Shown here: positions 23,588-33,417 of the stretch, piece by piece
Layout of the letters: each line of letters starts with the position of its first letter
Position numbering within the stretch: position 1 is the first letter of the stretch
Virus record (IMG/VR): IMGVR_UViG_3300022602_000025
DNA: 64,000 bases
Source: a virus
Lineage: Duplodnaviria > Caudoviricetes
Strand: one strand, 5' to 3'
Notes under the pieces: model-generated
The model's input: only the letters and a program-made list of their open reading frames with translations
Told to the model about the DNA's origin: nothing
Database searches by the model: none
Program-made: the position numbers and the translations under genes

Positions 23588-24769
23588 ATGGCAACAAAAC
23601 TCAAACAAGCAAGTATCGCAATTCGTCAAAATAGAGGCAAAGATCTTAGTCCAAAATGGGACGGAGTTGAGACGCTTACCGCTGACGAGTTTGCTAAGAA
23701 GTTCCGCGAGGCGATGGATTGGTATCGTTTGGAAAGTTCTGCTAAAGAACTTAAACCTAAAGTTATTGATTGGATGGGCCGTAATGGTTACAGCAAAGCT
23801 GAAATCCAAGCATTTAAGAAAACAAAAGACAATCGTTGCTCAGGTACAGTAGGTGCTATTGCCGCATGTTTGCTCAAAGGTATGCCTACACAACGTGATG
23901 ACTTTAATAACGGTCGTGACATTGAAGCATGGTTGCGTCAGCAAATCGTTAGCATTACTAACGAAGGCAAAAACGACATTGACGAAGATGCAGAAACTAA
24001 ACCTGTAGCCAAAGTTGAAGTGTACGTGCCTTCAATCCAAGAACGTTTGCGTGATGCGGCAGGTCAAATGAGCGAAGACATTGATTATGCTATCGATGAG
24101 TGGATCGTGGATCCAGATTCGTTTGATCCAAAAGCATTTAAGGTTGTATCATTGTTGCGTGGTAAAGGTGTTAAAGCCGCACATGCTCGCATGATTAAAG
24201 GCTTTTATGAACGCATGACAGCTGAGATTGAAGAAGTACAGACTAAAGACTGTGAAGAACAACTTGCAGAAGCGTACTCAACTATCAGCAAAAAGAACAT
24301 TAAGAAGATACATGACTTTTTGCTTAGTATTACAGCCGCTTGTGACCAAATCATTGGCGAAGCTAAACTTACTAAGAAGCCACGTGCTAAGAAAGCTAAA
24401 CCTGCAGAAGAATTAGTTAAGAAGCTTAAATTCAAAGCAAGTGACGACAAGTTGGGTGTAACTTCAGTACCGCCTGCACAGTTGATTGGTGCTAGCGCCG
24501 CTGTAGTCTATAACACTAAAACTCGTAAGATTGGATACTACAATGCACTTAATAGCTCAGGATTGACTGTTAAAGGCACTACGATTGGCAATTATACAGA
24601 TAAGTCAACACAAAAGACTCTGCGTAAGCCAGAGATTCAATTGCGTGAGTTTAAAGATCAGAATACACAGAAACGTGTAGAAACTTGGATTAAGAATATC
24701 CGAGCTACTGAGATTGGACTTAACGGACGTCTAAACGCTGACACAATGATCTTGAAAGTGTTTAAGTAA
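23588..24769 (+). CDS. Large hypothetical protein (Lys-rich)
   Basis: GGAG SD before ATG 23588, ~393 aa. Confidence 0.75.
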   Translation: MATKLKQASIAIRQNRGKDLSPKWDGVETLTADEFAKKFREAMDWYRLESSAKELKPKVIDWMGRNGYSKAEIQAFKKTKDNRCSGTVGAIAACLLKGMPTQRDDFNNGRDIEAWLRQQIVSITNEGKNDIDEDAETKPVAKVEVYVPSIQERLRDAAGQMSEDIDYAIDEWIVDPDSFDPKAFKVVSLLRGKGVKAAHARMIKGFYERMTAEIEEVQTKDCEEQLAEAYSTISKKNIKKIHDFLLSITAACDQIIGEAKLTKKPRAKKAKPAEELVKKLKFKASDDKLGVTSVPPAQLIGASAAVVYNTKTRKIGYYNALNSSGLTVKGTTIGNYTDKSTQKTLRKPEIQLREFKDQNTQKRVETWIKNIRATEIGLNGRLNADTMILKVFK

Positions 24770-25029
24770 TGACACTACCCGACGAACGATATCGTGCTAT
24801 AATGTATGCTAAGAGCTTGTGTGAGGACTTACTTGACCCAAGTAAGACTCCTCGAGTTCCAAAGGATGTTCGCCGTCGAGCCTTAGGTGTGTTACGTCAT
24901 TTTCCAGATGAGTATTATCTAAGTATGTTAGCAGAAGCTCGTCCGGATATTTTAGAGCGTAGAGGAGATCCGTTTGATCCTCTTTACAAAATGGTTAAAG
25001 AATATGATCTACAGAAAGGATCCAAATGA
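24769..25029 (+). CDS. Hypothetical protein
   Basis: TAATG overlap. Confidence 0.65.
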   Translation: MTLPDERYRAIMYAKSLCEDLLDPSKTPRVPKDVRRRALGVLRHFPDEYYLSMLAEARPDILERRGDPFDPLYKMVKEYDLQKGSK

Positions 25030-25304
25030 AAAAAATGTATTTTATTAAATGGTGTTGGTCTAAGTTTGTTGCGTATGTTAAATCTTGGGACCGTTGGATG
25101 TGGGGTTGGTTAGTTACCTGTGCTTGGGGGCCGGATGCTGTTACAGAACGTGCAACTAACCCTAATTCGTTTTATTGCTTTATGATCTTTGCGTTAGTGT
25201 TTTGGGTAGGCTACGGGGTTATCTACACAGGCATTAAGCGATTGTATCAAAAGTTTGTTGATGAACAAGAGCGTATTGTTGATCATTTAAAGAACGCAGG
25301 GTGA
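25026..25304 (+). CDS. Membrane hypothetical protein
   Basis: Hydrophobic helices. Confidence 0.6.
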   Translation: MKKMYFIKWCWSKFVAYVKSWDRWMWGWLVTCAWGPDAVTERATNPNSFYCFMIFALVFWVGYGVIYTGIKRLYQKFVDEQERIVDHLKNAG

Positions 25305-25452
25305 ACAATGGATCGTAAAATTCGTAATAAAATTCTAGAAGAATTGAGTTTAGAGGCGTGGCGTCATGCGATCAAGGGACAGCAGTTATTGAGTCGTATT
25401 AGAGATTTAGAAACAATGTTCAAAGCAGAAGATGCTAGAGAGGATAAACAGA

Positions 25453-25707
25453 ATGAGCAAGTCAAAGCATAAACCTTATCAATGGATTGACGGCGAAACT
25501 GCGGATCGTATTACCAGTCTTAACCTAAAGGACTATCGTGCATATCTTAAGAAGGAACTTAAGGAATGGCGTAAAAATCCCAAGACTGAAACCAACCCAG
25601 ATGGTAAATGGATGCACGAAAGTGATGTAGCACTTAACATCCGCACTATTGATGCATTGGATTTGATTATCAGTCACTTTGTAGAAACATCGGATGAGAT
25701 CAAATGA
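25453..25707 (+). CDS. Hypothetical protein
   Basis: GAGGA SD, MSKSKHKPY start. Confidence 0.6.
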   Translation: MSKSKHKPYQWIDGETADRITSLNLKDYRAYLKKELKEWRKNPKTETNPDGKWMHESDVALNIRTIDALDLIISHFVETSDEIK

Positions 25708-25973
25708 TCTATTTTAACTTTGCTGTTGAAAATCCGTGGAGCGATCGATGGAATACCATTTGGTTTAAAAATGGATTACTTCCAAAACATAAAGCATGGG
25801 AATTTAACGGCTACCGTACACATCACCTAATCAACTTTAATTTCAAATTAAACTTTAAAGGCGATCATGCAGGCTTACAAATTGAACTAGGCTTGTTAGG
25901 GTATGATGTTGAGTTTAATGTGTACGATACACGTCATTGGGATTATAAACACGACTGTTGGGAACTGTTATGA
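25704..25973 (+). CDS. Hypothetical protein
   Basis: Coupled ORF. Confidence 0.6.
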   Translation: MIYFNFAVENPWSDRWNTIWFKNGLLPKHKAWEFNGYRTHHLINFNFKLNFKGDHAGLQIELGLLGYDVEFNVYDTRHWDYKHDCWELL

Positions 25974-26164
25974 AACTAGTAGACACATTTATTCTATCAT
26001 TTGGAGCAACAGCAAGTGTATTAATGGTTATTGCTATTTGTTCATTTCTATTGCCCAAGCACGGTGAAGTAGTGTATAATTGCAGTATAGCCGAGATTAG
26101 TCCGGACTTTCCACCCGAGGTACGTGAACAATGTCGCAAACTTAATGCGGAGAAAAATATATGA
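25970..26164 (+). CDS. Small membrane protein
   Basis: N-terminal TM helix. Confidence 0.55.
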   Translation: MKLVDTFILSFGATASVLMVIAICSFLLPKHGEVVYNCSIAEISPDFPPEVREQCRKLNAEKNI

Positions 26165-26559
26165 TTGATTGCTTAATTATGGGCGATAGTATTGCTGTAG
26201 GTACACACCAATTCAAACCTGAGTGTGCTGTTATAGCCAAAGGTGGCATCAATAGTTATCAATGGGTTAATAAAAATATTGATAAAGCCCCATACCAGGC
26301 CAAGAGCGTTATTATCAGTTTGGGCAGTAACGACCACAAGTATGTAAAAACTGAAGAAGAGTTGCGTACTATTAGACAACTTACCAAAGCTGATCGTGTA
26401 TACTGGATCCTGCCTGCTATCAAACCTAACATCCAAGAGATTGTTAAAAAGGTTGCGGCAGAATACGGCGATGTTGTTCTGCCTATCAACAGTTTACAAC
26501 CAGATAAAATTCACCCAAGCTGGGCTGGATACAAAGAGATTGCGAAAGAAGCACAATGA
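26161..26559 (+). CDS. SGNH/GDSL hydrolase
   Basis: GDSI block I, GSND block III and DKIHP block V. Confidence 0.8.
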   Translation: MIDCLIMGDSIAVGTHQFKPECAVIAKGGINSYQWVNKNIDKAPYQAKSVIISLGSNDHKYVKTEEELRTIRQLTKADRVYWILPAIKPNIQEIVKKVAAEYGDVVLPINSLQPDKIHPSWAGYKEIAKEAQ

Positions 26560-27191
26560 ATTTAAACATTAAAAATCAAGAAATCATAACACTATTTCCC
26601 AGTTTGCTTTTTAAAGCTGAACTAGAAGACGATAGCCTGTGCGATGACCTGGAAAGAAAACTAAGGACTCTTAAAACATTAGGCAAAGGAGTGATGGAGC
26701 ATAAAAACTTTATCAGTTCTGATATGCTACATGAGGATCCGGACTTTGCGGAAGTAGCCCATTTGGTTTTGAGAGAAACTGGATCTATTTTAGACTTTTA
26801 TAAAGTAGTACGTGATGACCATTACATTTCTAACATGTGGGGCAACATCACTAATCCAAATCACCGTCATATGAATCATACTCACCCAAATACATTTTTG
26901 AGTGGTATCCTTTATCTTAAGACTCCGGAAAAGTGTGGCTTCACAGCATTTAACGATCCCCGCCCTGGAGCAAGAGTATTTGAACCCAGCTACTCTGAAA
27001 TGAATGAAACTAACTCTGGTGTGTTTATGTTTCCACCAAAGAAAGGTACAATGTTGTTTTGGAACAGTTGGTTGCCACATGGTGTTGAACGTGGCTTTAG
27101 CGAAACAAAAGAAGACCGTGTTGTGATCGCATTTAATGTTATGCTTAAGGCAAAGATTAACCTACCTACAGCCAAATTGGAATTAAAATGA
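26556..27191 (+). CDS. 2OG-Fe(II) oxygenase (TIGR02466-like)
   Basis: HTHPNTFLSGILY...FNDPR...FWNSWLPHGV...DRVVIAFN. Confidence 0.85.
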   Translation: MNLNIKNQEIITLFPSLLFKAELEDDSLCDDLERKLRTLKTLGKGVMEHKNFISSDMLHEDPDFAEVAHLVLRETGSILDFYKVVRDDHYISNMWGNITNPNHRHMNHTHPNTFLSGILYLKTPEKCGFTAFNDPRPGARVFEPSYSEMNETNSGVFMFPPKKGTMLFWNSWLPHGVERGFSETKEDRVVIAFNVMLKAKINLPTAKLELK

Positions 27192-27778
27192 AACGTGAAC
27201 TAGATGAATACCTATGTAAGACCTATCCAAAGATGATGGTCAACCGCAACAAGAGCATGATGGAGACTTGCATGTGCTGGGGCTTTGAATGCGGTGATGG
27301 TTGGTTCCAAATCATCAATCAGCTTATGGGCAATATACAGCATCACATTGATTGGAAGATCCAACAACGTGATTGGGCTATCAAATATAATGAAATGGTC
27401 GCACAATGTAAAAATGGAATATTTGATCTATTTGAAGCTGATATGCAATCAGTTTTAGATGAAGAATATAAGGAAAAGCGTCTAAAGGATATCATAGACG
27501 GTGATTTTAGAACTGTGCCTGAACCTATTACACAAGTGACCTTAGATCAAGTTAAGGAAAAGTTTGGCACACTACGCTTCTATTATAGCGGAGGCGATGA
27601 CTACATCCGTGGTATGGTTACTATGGCAGAATCAATGTCAGGTGTAACTTGCGAAGAGTGTGGCAAGCCAGGTACCAGCACAAGTGGTGGTTGGATTAAG
27701 ACAGCGTGTTTGGAACACGGTGGGCAAGATTATAATGAAAGCGAAGAAGATTATCTTAAACAGGGGTACGAAGAATGA
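27188..27778 (+). CDS. Hypothetical protein (QVKEKFGTLRFY motif, C-terminal CxxC)
   Basis: Coupled ORF. Confidence 0.7.
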   Translation: MKRELDEYLCKTYPKMMVNRNKSMMETCMCWGFECGDGWFQIINQLMGNIQHHIDWKIQQRDWAIKYNEMVAQCKNGIFDLFEADMQSVLDEEYKEKRLKDIIDGDFRTVPEPITQVTLDQVKEKFGTLRFYYSGGDDYIRGMVTMAESMSGVTCEECGKPGTSTSGGWIKTACLEHGGQDYNESEEDYLKQGYEE

Positions 27779-28005
27779 ATTATATTAAACCAGAAGATAT
27801 TAAAGAGTATGTCAGTAAAAACCCAGAAGGTATTGCTGGCATGAGCGAAGAATTAGCAGTAATGGTAAATCATTTCGCCGAGTTGATTGTGCAGGAATGT
27901 GCTGAGTCATTGTGGACGGAAGAATGTTACACGAGCGATTTGGCCTTAAAAGAATTTGAAAAGAATAGCAAGAAGATTAAACTACATTTTGGAGTTGAAG
28001 AATGA
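27775..28005 (+). CDS. Hypothetical protein
   Basis: Coupled ORF. Confidence 0.55.
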   Translation: MNYIKPEDIKEYVSKNPEGIAGMSEELAVMVNHFAELIVQECAESLWTEECYTSDLALKEFEKNSKKIKLHFGVEE

Positions 28006-28565
28006 TTACAATGAAAGAATGGATGGAATTAGTTGACTATAAGATCACTGAAGGTGGTGAGTACGGTTGGCAATGCTATGGTCACAATGCCTATTGTTTG
28101 GACAGTTGGAATGGTGTCCACGGCAAGGGCGGATATAGTTTTAACATTATTTTTAGTACAAAAAGCCAAAAGGTATACGAAGTAAGTGTATGCGACTATA
28201 CAAATGATCGTGCTTATCGTATGATCAATCCCAAGTTTGTTGAAAAGCATCGTAAAGAAGCTGAACACAAGAGTGAACTAGCCAATCAAGCATGGGACGA
28301 TGTCAACTATGTTGATTTAGAAGTTGTTGACGACTTTATCCAAAAATGCCTAGCTATCAAGGCTGGTGAAGATTACAGCACAGATATCAGTGTTCCGTTA
28401 GACTTACCAGATGACTTGCTGATGTTTGCGTTCAAGGCCGCACATGCTGAAAACATGACTTTTAATGATTGGATGAACAAGATGTTAAAAGCGTTCATTG
28501 ACCAAGTTAAAGTAGGTGAGTACACCAAAGAAGACGCCCAAAAATTTCTAGAAGAAAATGTTTAA
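28002..28565 (+). CDS. Hypothetical protein
   Basis: Coupled ORF. Confidence 0.65.
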   Translation: MITMKEWMELVDYKITEGGEYGWQCYGHNAYCLDSWNGVHGKGGYSFNIIFSTKSQKVYEVSVCDYTNDRAYRMINPKFVEKHRKEAEHKSELANQAWDDVNYVDLEVVDDFIQKCLAIKAGEDYSTDISVPLDLPDDLLMFAFKAAHAENMTFNDWMNKMLKAFIDQVKVGEYTKEDAQKFLEENV

Positions 28566-28962
28566 GCCACTTCGCGATGACCTAATGGTCCAACAACAAA
28601 TAGATGGCGCTTGGCAGCACATGGTGGGCGTCATTATGTTAAACCAAACAGGACGAAAACCTGTTAAGACAACTTTGCCAGAATTCTTATATTGGTTTCC
28701 TACTCCGTATGCTCTGCTCAAAGCAGATGAAGAGTTTGTTAAAAGCATTATCGAACCGCTAGGCATGATGAACGTGCGATATACTCGCTTGATGAAAATG
28801 AGCCAGGACTTTTTGACATGGGACGGCGATGATGCTACAATGTTATATGGAATTGGCAAATATGGTAGTGACAGCTACGAGATTTTCTTTAAGCAGAACT
28901 ACTCAGTTGAGCCGACAGACAAAGAACTAAAACGATATCTAGAAGAGGAAATTTACGCATGA
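28558..28962 (+). CDS. MBD4-like HhH-GPD DNA glycosylase (catalytic domain only)
   Basis: VIMLNQT, FPTP, PLGM and [15 protein letters not shown] resemble the MBD4 glycosylase HhH region (LHGIGKYGNDSYRIF). Confidence 0.75.
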   Translation: MFKPLRDDLMVQQQIDGAWQHMVGVIMLNQTGRKPVKTTLPEFLYWFPTPYALLKADEEFVKSIIEPLGMMNVRYTRLMKMSQDFLTWDGDDATMLYGIGKYGSDSYEIFFKQNYSVEPTDKELKRYLEEEIYA

Positions 28963-29594
28963 ATTTAGTACCAATGGTAGTTGAAAAGTCAAGTAACGGT
29001 GAACGTGCTTATGACATTTATAGTCGCTTGTTGAAAGAGCGTATTATCTTTTTAAACGGACCGGTGGATGATAACTCTGCTAACTTAATTGTAGCCCAGA
29101 TGTTGTTTTTAGAATCAGAAGATGCTGATAAAGACATCAATTTTTATATCAATAGTCCAGGTGGACTAGTAACAGCAGGATTAAGCATCTATGATGTTAT
29201 GCAATTTATTAAACCAGATGTAGCGACCTATGTCATGGGGCAGGCGGCATCAATGGGATCATTCCTAGCACAAGCAGGTGCCAAGGGCAAGCGTTTTGTC
29301 TTGCCAGAGTCACGTACAATGATCCATCGTGTTAGCTCAGGTACTCCTGGTACTAGCGGTAGTGTCCATGTACAAGAACTTGAATTCGAAGATGCAAAAC
29401 GTGCCTATGAAGAAAGTCAACGCATCAATAAACGCTTGACAGAATTGTATGTACGTCATAATACCGCAAACAAAACTTATGACGAAATGTTTGCTACCAT
29501 GAAGTTTGATACATTCTTAAGTGCAGAACAGGCTGTTAAGTTCGGACTTGCAGATCAGATCGTTGAAAAGCGTCCAGACGAAATTGTATCATAA
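28959..29594 (+). CDS. clpP: ATP-dependent Clp protease proteolytic subunit
   Basis: [27 protein letters not shown] (Ser), MIH (His) and D.FLSAEQA (Asp). Confidence 0.97.
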   Translation: MNLVPMVVEKSSNGERAYDIYSRLLKERIIFLNGPVDDNSANLIVAQMLFLESEDADKDINFYINSPGGLVTAGLSIYDVMQFIKPDVATYVMGQAASMGSFLAQAGAKGKRFVLPESRTMIHRVSSGTPGTSGSVHVQELEFEDAKRAYEESQRINKRLTELYVRHNTANKTYDEMFATMKFDTFLSAEQAVKFGLADQIVEKRPDEIVS

Positions 29595-29679
29595 TTTAAT
29601 TTCCGATTGAGCCTAGATAATTATTATTGTAGAACAAAATTCTACCAGGCACATTTAGGCTCAATTTAGGGAAATTAAT

Positions 29680-29991
29680 ATGAATAAAATTACAAAACAT
29701 CTTGAAGAAGTAAACCGTTTAACCTTTCAACATAAACTATGGTTATTGTTAAGCGGAGTTGTCGCGACAATTATAGTCGTATTTTTTATAGATCGCAACA
29801 TCATTCAAAATTCAAACGCATTCTGGATCATAATAGGGTTAGGCGCAGCAATAACGGTAGTATGGTGGTATTGGACTATGAAGATAGTACACCGCCTTAT
29901 AAGCCATCGTCGAGAAGAATCTGAAATACTACACGATCTCGTAAAGTGTATTAGAGAAATTAGAGAAGACGTAAAAAACTTACCGAAGTAG
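29680..29991 (+). CDS. Two-TM membrane protein
   Basis: Two hydrophobic segments. Confidence 0.6.
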   Translation: MNKITKHLEEVNRLTFQHKLWLLLSGVVATIIVVFFIDRNIIQNSNAFWIIIGLGAAITVVWWYWTMKIVHRLISHRREESEILHDLVKCIREIREDVKNLPK

Positions 29992-30019
29992 TTGACAACA
30001 GTAAATAAGAGTATATAAT
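29992..30019 (+). promoter_or_regulatory. sigma70-type promoter for queD
   Basis: TTGACA-16-TATAAT. Confidence 0.75.
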
Positions 30020-30026
30020 TATACTA

Positions 30027-30067
30027 TGCGGTCTAGGCGTCATCCCGCAATATAAACTCTGCCGCCA
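30027..30067 (+). promoter_or_regulatory. preQ1-I riboswitch-like leader
   Basis: P1 TGCGG/CCGCA, loop TCTAGGCGTCATC, A-rich tail ATATAAAC. Sits between the TSS and queD. Confidence 0.5.
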
Positions 30068-30090
30068 TTGCTAATCTTAAGGAGACTACA

Positions 30091-30618
30091 ATGGCAAAAT
30101 TTTACTCAACAAAAACTTACGGAAACGATCGCGGCTTATCATGCTGTTTTAGACAATGGCGTGCCACACATAGCCACTGCTCAACACTACACGGTTATTC
30201 AATTGGCATCAAATTAATCTTTGAATGTGATACACTAGATGACAAAAACTGGTGTATGGACTTTGGCGGACTCAAAGAATTTAAAGAGTGGGCAGATCAT
30301 ATGTTTGATCATACTTTGGTAATTGCTGAAGATGACCCAATGCTAGATCGATTCAAAGAAATGTCAGGCTGGAGTTCAAATCCAGAGCATGATAGTAACC
30401 CAGAACGTGTACAAGTAGAACCATTCCGCCGTCAAGGCATCTGTGATTTACGTATTGTACCTGCTGTTGGTTGCGAAATGTTTGCCAAAATGGCATACGA
30501 CAAAATGGCTGAATTGCTAGCTTCTGGCAATATGCGTTATCCAATCAATCCAAGTGTGCGTGTAAAAAGCGTAGAAGTATTTGAGCACGGTGCGAATTCC
30601 GCTACATACGAAGGTTGA
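30091..30618 (+). CDS. queD: 6-carboxytetrahydropterin synthase (QueD/PTPS family)
   Basis: HCSTLHGY, DFGGLK, FDHT and V..VEVFEH T-fold motifs. Confidence 0.85.
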   Translation: MAKFYSTKTYGNDRGLSCCFRQWRATHSHCSTLHGYSIGIKLIFECDTLDDKNWCMDFGGLKEFKEWADHMFDHTLVIAEDDPMLDRFKEMSGWSSNPEHDSNPERVQVEPFRRQGICDLRIVPAVGCEMFAKMAYDKMAELLASGNMRYPINPSVRVKSVEVFEHGANSATYEG

Positions 30619-30643
30619 TCTTTACCAAAGTCTGTGTTATAAT
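30615..30643 (+). promoter_or_regulatory. sigma70-type promoter (leaderless gene follows)
   Basis: TTGATC-17-TATAAT with TG extension, ATG after a 6-nt gap. Confidence 0.7.
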
Positions 30644-30649
30644 AGTACT

Positions 30650-31687
30650 ATGACACAGACACTTAAACGCATTGGATTTTGTTGTAAATGGATCGATGGT
30701 CCTAGCCAAATTGACGGGATCAAACAAACTGACACAGCAAAGAAATATAACACCGGTACAACTACTGTCGCTTGGTTAAATAGACAAACAAGGGATGTAG
30801 CGGAGCAAAAGTTATGGGACCTAATGGTAGGCAATATCGAGGCAACTCGATTATTAGTAGAGCGTGTCGGGCAGCTTGAGCCTTCTCTTCGCATGGTTAG
30901 GATTAGCAGCGACATCCTGCCTGTTTATACTCACGCTGATTTTGCTGATTATTGGCGTAAACCTGACGTTGTTTCATACGCCGAAACCCACTTTAAGAGA
31001 GTGGGTGATATTGCTCGCGATCGCGGTGTGCGGCTTTCTTTTCATCCTGGGCAGTTTACTGTGTTGGCAAGTGATAACCCAGGAATTGTCGAGCGGTCGA
31101 TTGCAGAATTTGAATACCACGCAGACATGGCCCGCTGGATGGGGTACGGAAGAAACTTCCAAGACTTCAAAATCAACGTGCATATCGCCGGACGTCAAGG
31201 ACCAGAAGGCATCCGCAGAGCGTACCAAAAACTAAGTCCAGAAGCACGTAACTGTATTACAATCGAAAACGAAGAAAACTCTTGGGGGTTAGATGACTGC
31301 TTATCTATTTCTGATATTGTCCCTATTGTGCTTGATATACACCATCATTGGATCAGGGAAGGAGAATACATCGATCCTACTGACCAAAGAGTACAAAAGG
31401 TTGTTGATAGTTGGCGTGGTGTGCGCCCTGCTTGCCATTACTCCGTATCTAGAGAAGATGTCTTGGATATTAGAGAACATCCCACTAGGCCCGAAATGGC
31501 CCTGCTGTTAGAGCGAGGTTACAAAAAACAAAAACTCCGTGCTCATTCTAATTTCTATTGGAATAGAGATGTTAATGAATGGGCACTGAGTTTCTTGGAT
31601 AAGTTTGATATCCAGTGCGAAAGCAAGGCTAAAAATCTAGCTAGTTTCGCACTTGCCAAGCAAGCAAAAGAGCTTAACTTGCTTTAG
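30650..31687 (+). CDS. uvsE: UV damage endonuclease
   Basis: RIGFCC, RISSDILP, RLSFHPGQF, TIENEE and VLDIHHH motifs. Confidence 0.92.
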   Translation: MTQTLKRIGFCCKWIDGPSQIDGIKQTDTAKKYNTGTTTVAWLNRQTRDVAEQKLWDLMVGNIEATRLLVERVGQLEPSLRMVRISSDILPVYTHADFADYWRKPDVVSYAETHFKRVGDIARDRGVRLSFHPGQFTVLASDNPGIVERSIAEFEYHADMARWMGYGRNFQDFKINVHIAGRQGPEGIRRAYQKLSPEARNCITIENEENSWGLDDCLSISDIVPIVLDIHHHWIREGEYIDPTDQRVQKVVDSWRGVRPACHYSVSREDVLDIREHPTRPEMALLLERGYKKQKLRAHSNFYWNRDVNEWALSFLDKFDIQCESKAKNLASFALAKQAKELNLL

Positions 31688-31937
31688 GCTTACGTGTAGT
31701 AGCTTTCTTAACAGTTGGCTTCTTAGAGGCTGTTGCTTTAGCTGGTGCTTTCTTAGCACGTGGCTTTTTAGCTGGAGTAACGCTTTCTACCATTGCTTGA
31801 GTTGCTACGTCAGCAACTTCAGTCACTTCTGGGGTTGCTTCAATCTTATAAGGAGCAACTTCTACTTCTACTTTCTTTGGGCGGAATGCAATATACAAAC
31901 CTGCCAATACTACTAAACCAATAACAATAAATTCCAT
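31674..31937 (-). CDS. Small membrane-anchored protein with a Lys/Ala-rich histone-H1-like tail
   Basis: N-terminal TM helix, PAKKPRAKKAPAK repeats, AAAGGAG SD on the minus strand. Confidence 0.7.
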   Translation of the reverse strand: MEFIVIGLVVLAGLYIAFRPKKVEVEVAPYKIEATPEVTEVADVATQAMVESVTPAKKPRAKKAPAKATASKKPTVKKATTRKPKAS

Positions 31938-32114
31938 TTGGAATCTCCTTTAAATGTATACTTTATTTAAGTCAATAAATATCACAGTAACATAAAAAGG
32001 TTGAGCGCCAATTTACCTTTAAGCCACATTAGCTGTACTACGCAAAAACAGGGAAAGTTCGTAGTTAGGGGTCCTTGGATGCCCTGTTAACCACTCAACA
32101 AACTATTTAACATT

Positions 32115-32669
32115 ATGTATAACTTTATAAGACAAATAACTGAAGGTAGATTAGGAAAGACACTAGAGCGTGTTAAGCTAGAGTATCCTTTAGATGGGCT
32201 GGGCCGAAGCCTGAGCAAGCAAACTATGAACTATCATTACGGCAAGTTATATAAAACCTACTGTGATCGATATAATGCAGGAGAAGGTGACTTAGATTTC
32301 AATGAAGCAGGCGCATACTTACACGGAGTATACTTTAGCCAATTTAGATCACCAAAAGGTTCAAACAAACCAGATGGTGCTATATTAGAGCTTATTGAAC
32401 AGCATTTTAAATCGTGGGATAAGTTTCAAAAAGAATTTGAAAAGACTGCGATGGCTATACAGGGTAGTGGTTGGGTATATCTGTCAAATGACGGTGAACT
32501 TAAAACAATCAAAAATCACGAAATCAAAAAAGATATCTTACTATTAGTTGATTGGTGGGAACATGCGTGGGCATTAGATTATCAAGCAGACAAAGCAGGC
32601 TACTTGAATAACTTATGGAAGATCATAGATTGGTCTGTGATCAATAACAGACTAGTAATAAAAACTTGA
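32115..32669 (+). CDS. sod: Fe/Mn superoxide dismutase
   Basis: YHYGK, LH, GSGWVYL and DWWEHAW metal-ligand motifs. Confidence 0.88.
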   Translation: MYNFIRQITEGRLGKTLERVKLEYPLDGLGRSLSKQTMNYHYGKLYKTYCDRYNAGEGDLDFNEAGAYLHGVYFSQFRSPKGSNKPDGAILELIEQHFKSWDKFQKEFEKTAMAIQGSGWVYLSNDGELKTIKNHEIKKDILLLVDWWEHAWALDYQADKAGYLNNLWKIIDWSVINNRLVIKT

Positions 32670-32700
32670 TTTAAACTATAAAATACAGTATACTTAATCT

Positions 32701-33417
32701 ATGCTTAAAATAAAAAAACTATCAGCAGCATCACAAAGCCAGTCAATGTTACAAGACATAAACTTAGAAGTTAAAGCAGGAGAAATCCACGCTGTCATGG
32801 GACCTAAGTTTAGTGGAAAATCAGCACTACTACATTCAATACTAGGGCATCCAAATATACAACAAGTAGATGGATCCATTACATTTAACAAGAAAAAAAT
32901 ACACGACTTAGAAACTGATGAGCGAGCAAAGCTAGGTATCTTTGTTGGTTGGCAATTTCCTCCAGAGTTTGATAACTTAACAAATTGGGAAATCGTTAGC
33001 AGGCTATACAGTGGAACAGAAAATTTAGATCTAGATTATACTACAGCATGTATGGTGCTAGACTTAGGGTTTGATCACGGAGCAAAACATCCTACCGGTT
33101 TTGAAATGAACATGGGCCAAGCCAAACGTGCTGAACTTGTACACATGTATCTATCAAAACCTTCGCTTGTGCTTATTGACGAAATTGATGTAAACGCAAG
33201 TGCAGAAGAAGTACAATTAATGGCTGCGTTTCTAAAAGATTATATCACACCAGAACGAGCAGGCATAATTACTACTAACAATCAAGAATTCCTAGATATT
33301 ATTCAACCAACACATGTTCATGTAATGAGTGAGGGAGAGATTAAATTATCAGGCGATGCAGAATTATATAAAAGGATCATTAAAGATGGGTATCCAGAGT
33401 TTTCTAAAAGCAACTAA
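32701..33417 (+). CDS. SufC-like ABC ATPase (degenerate)
   Basis: GEIHAVMGPKFSGKS, ERAKLGIF..WQFPPE and LIDEID. The signature and H-loop are altered. Confidence 0.8.
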   Translation: MLKIKKLSAASQSQSMLQDINLEVKAGEIHAVMGPKFSGKSALLHSILGHPNIQQVDGSITFNKKKIHDLETDERAKLGIFVGWQFPPEFDNLTNWEIVSRLYSGTENLDLDYTTACMVLDLGFDHGAKHPTGFEMNMGQAKRAELVHMYLSKPSLVLIDEIDVNASAEEVQLMAAFLKDYITPERAGIITTNNQEFLDIIQPTHVHVMSEGEIKLSGDAELYKRIIKDGYPEFSKSN

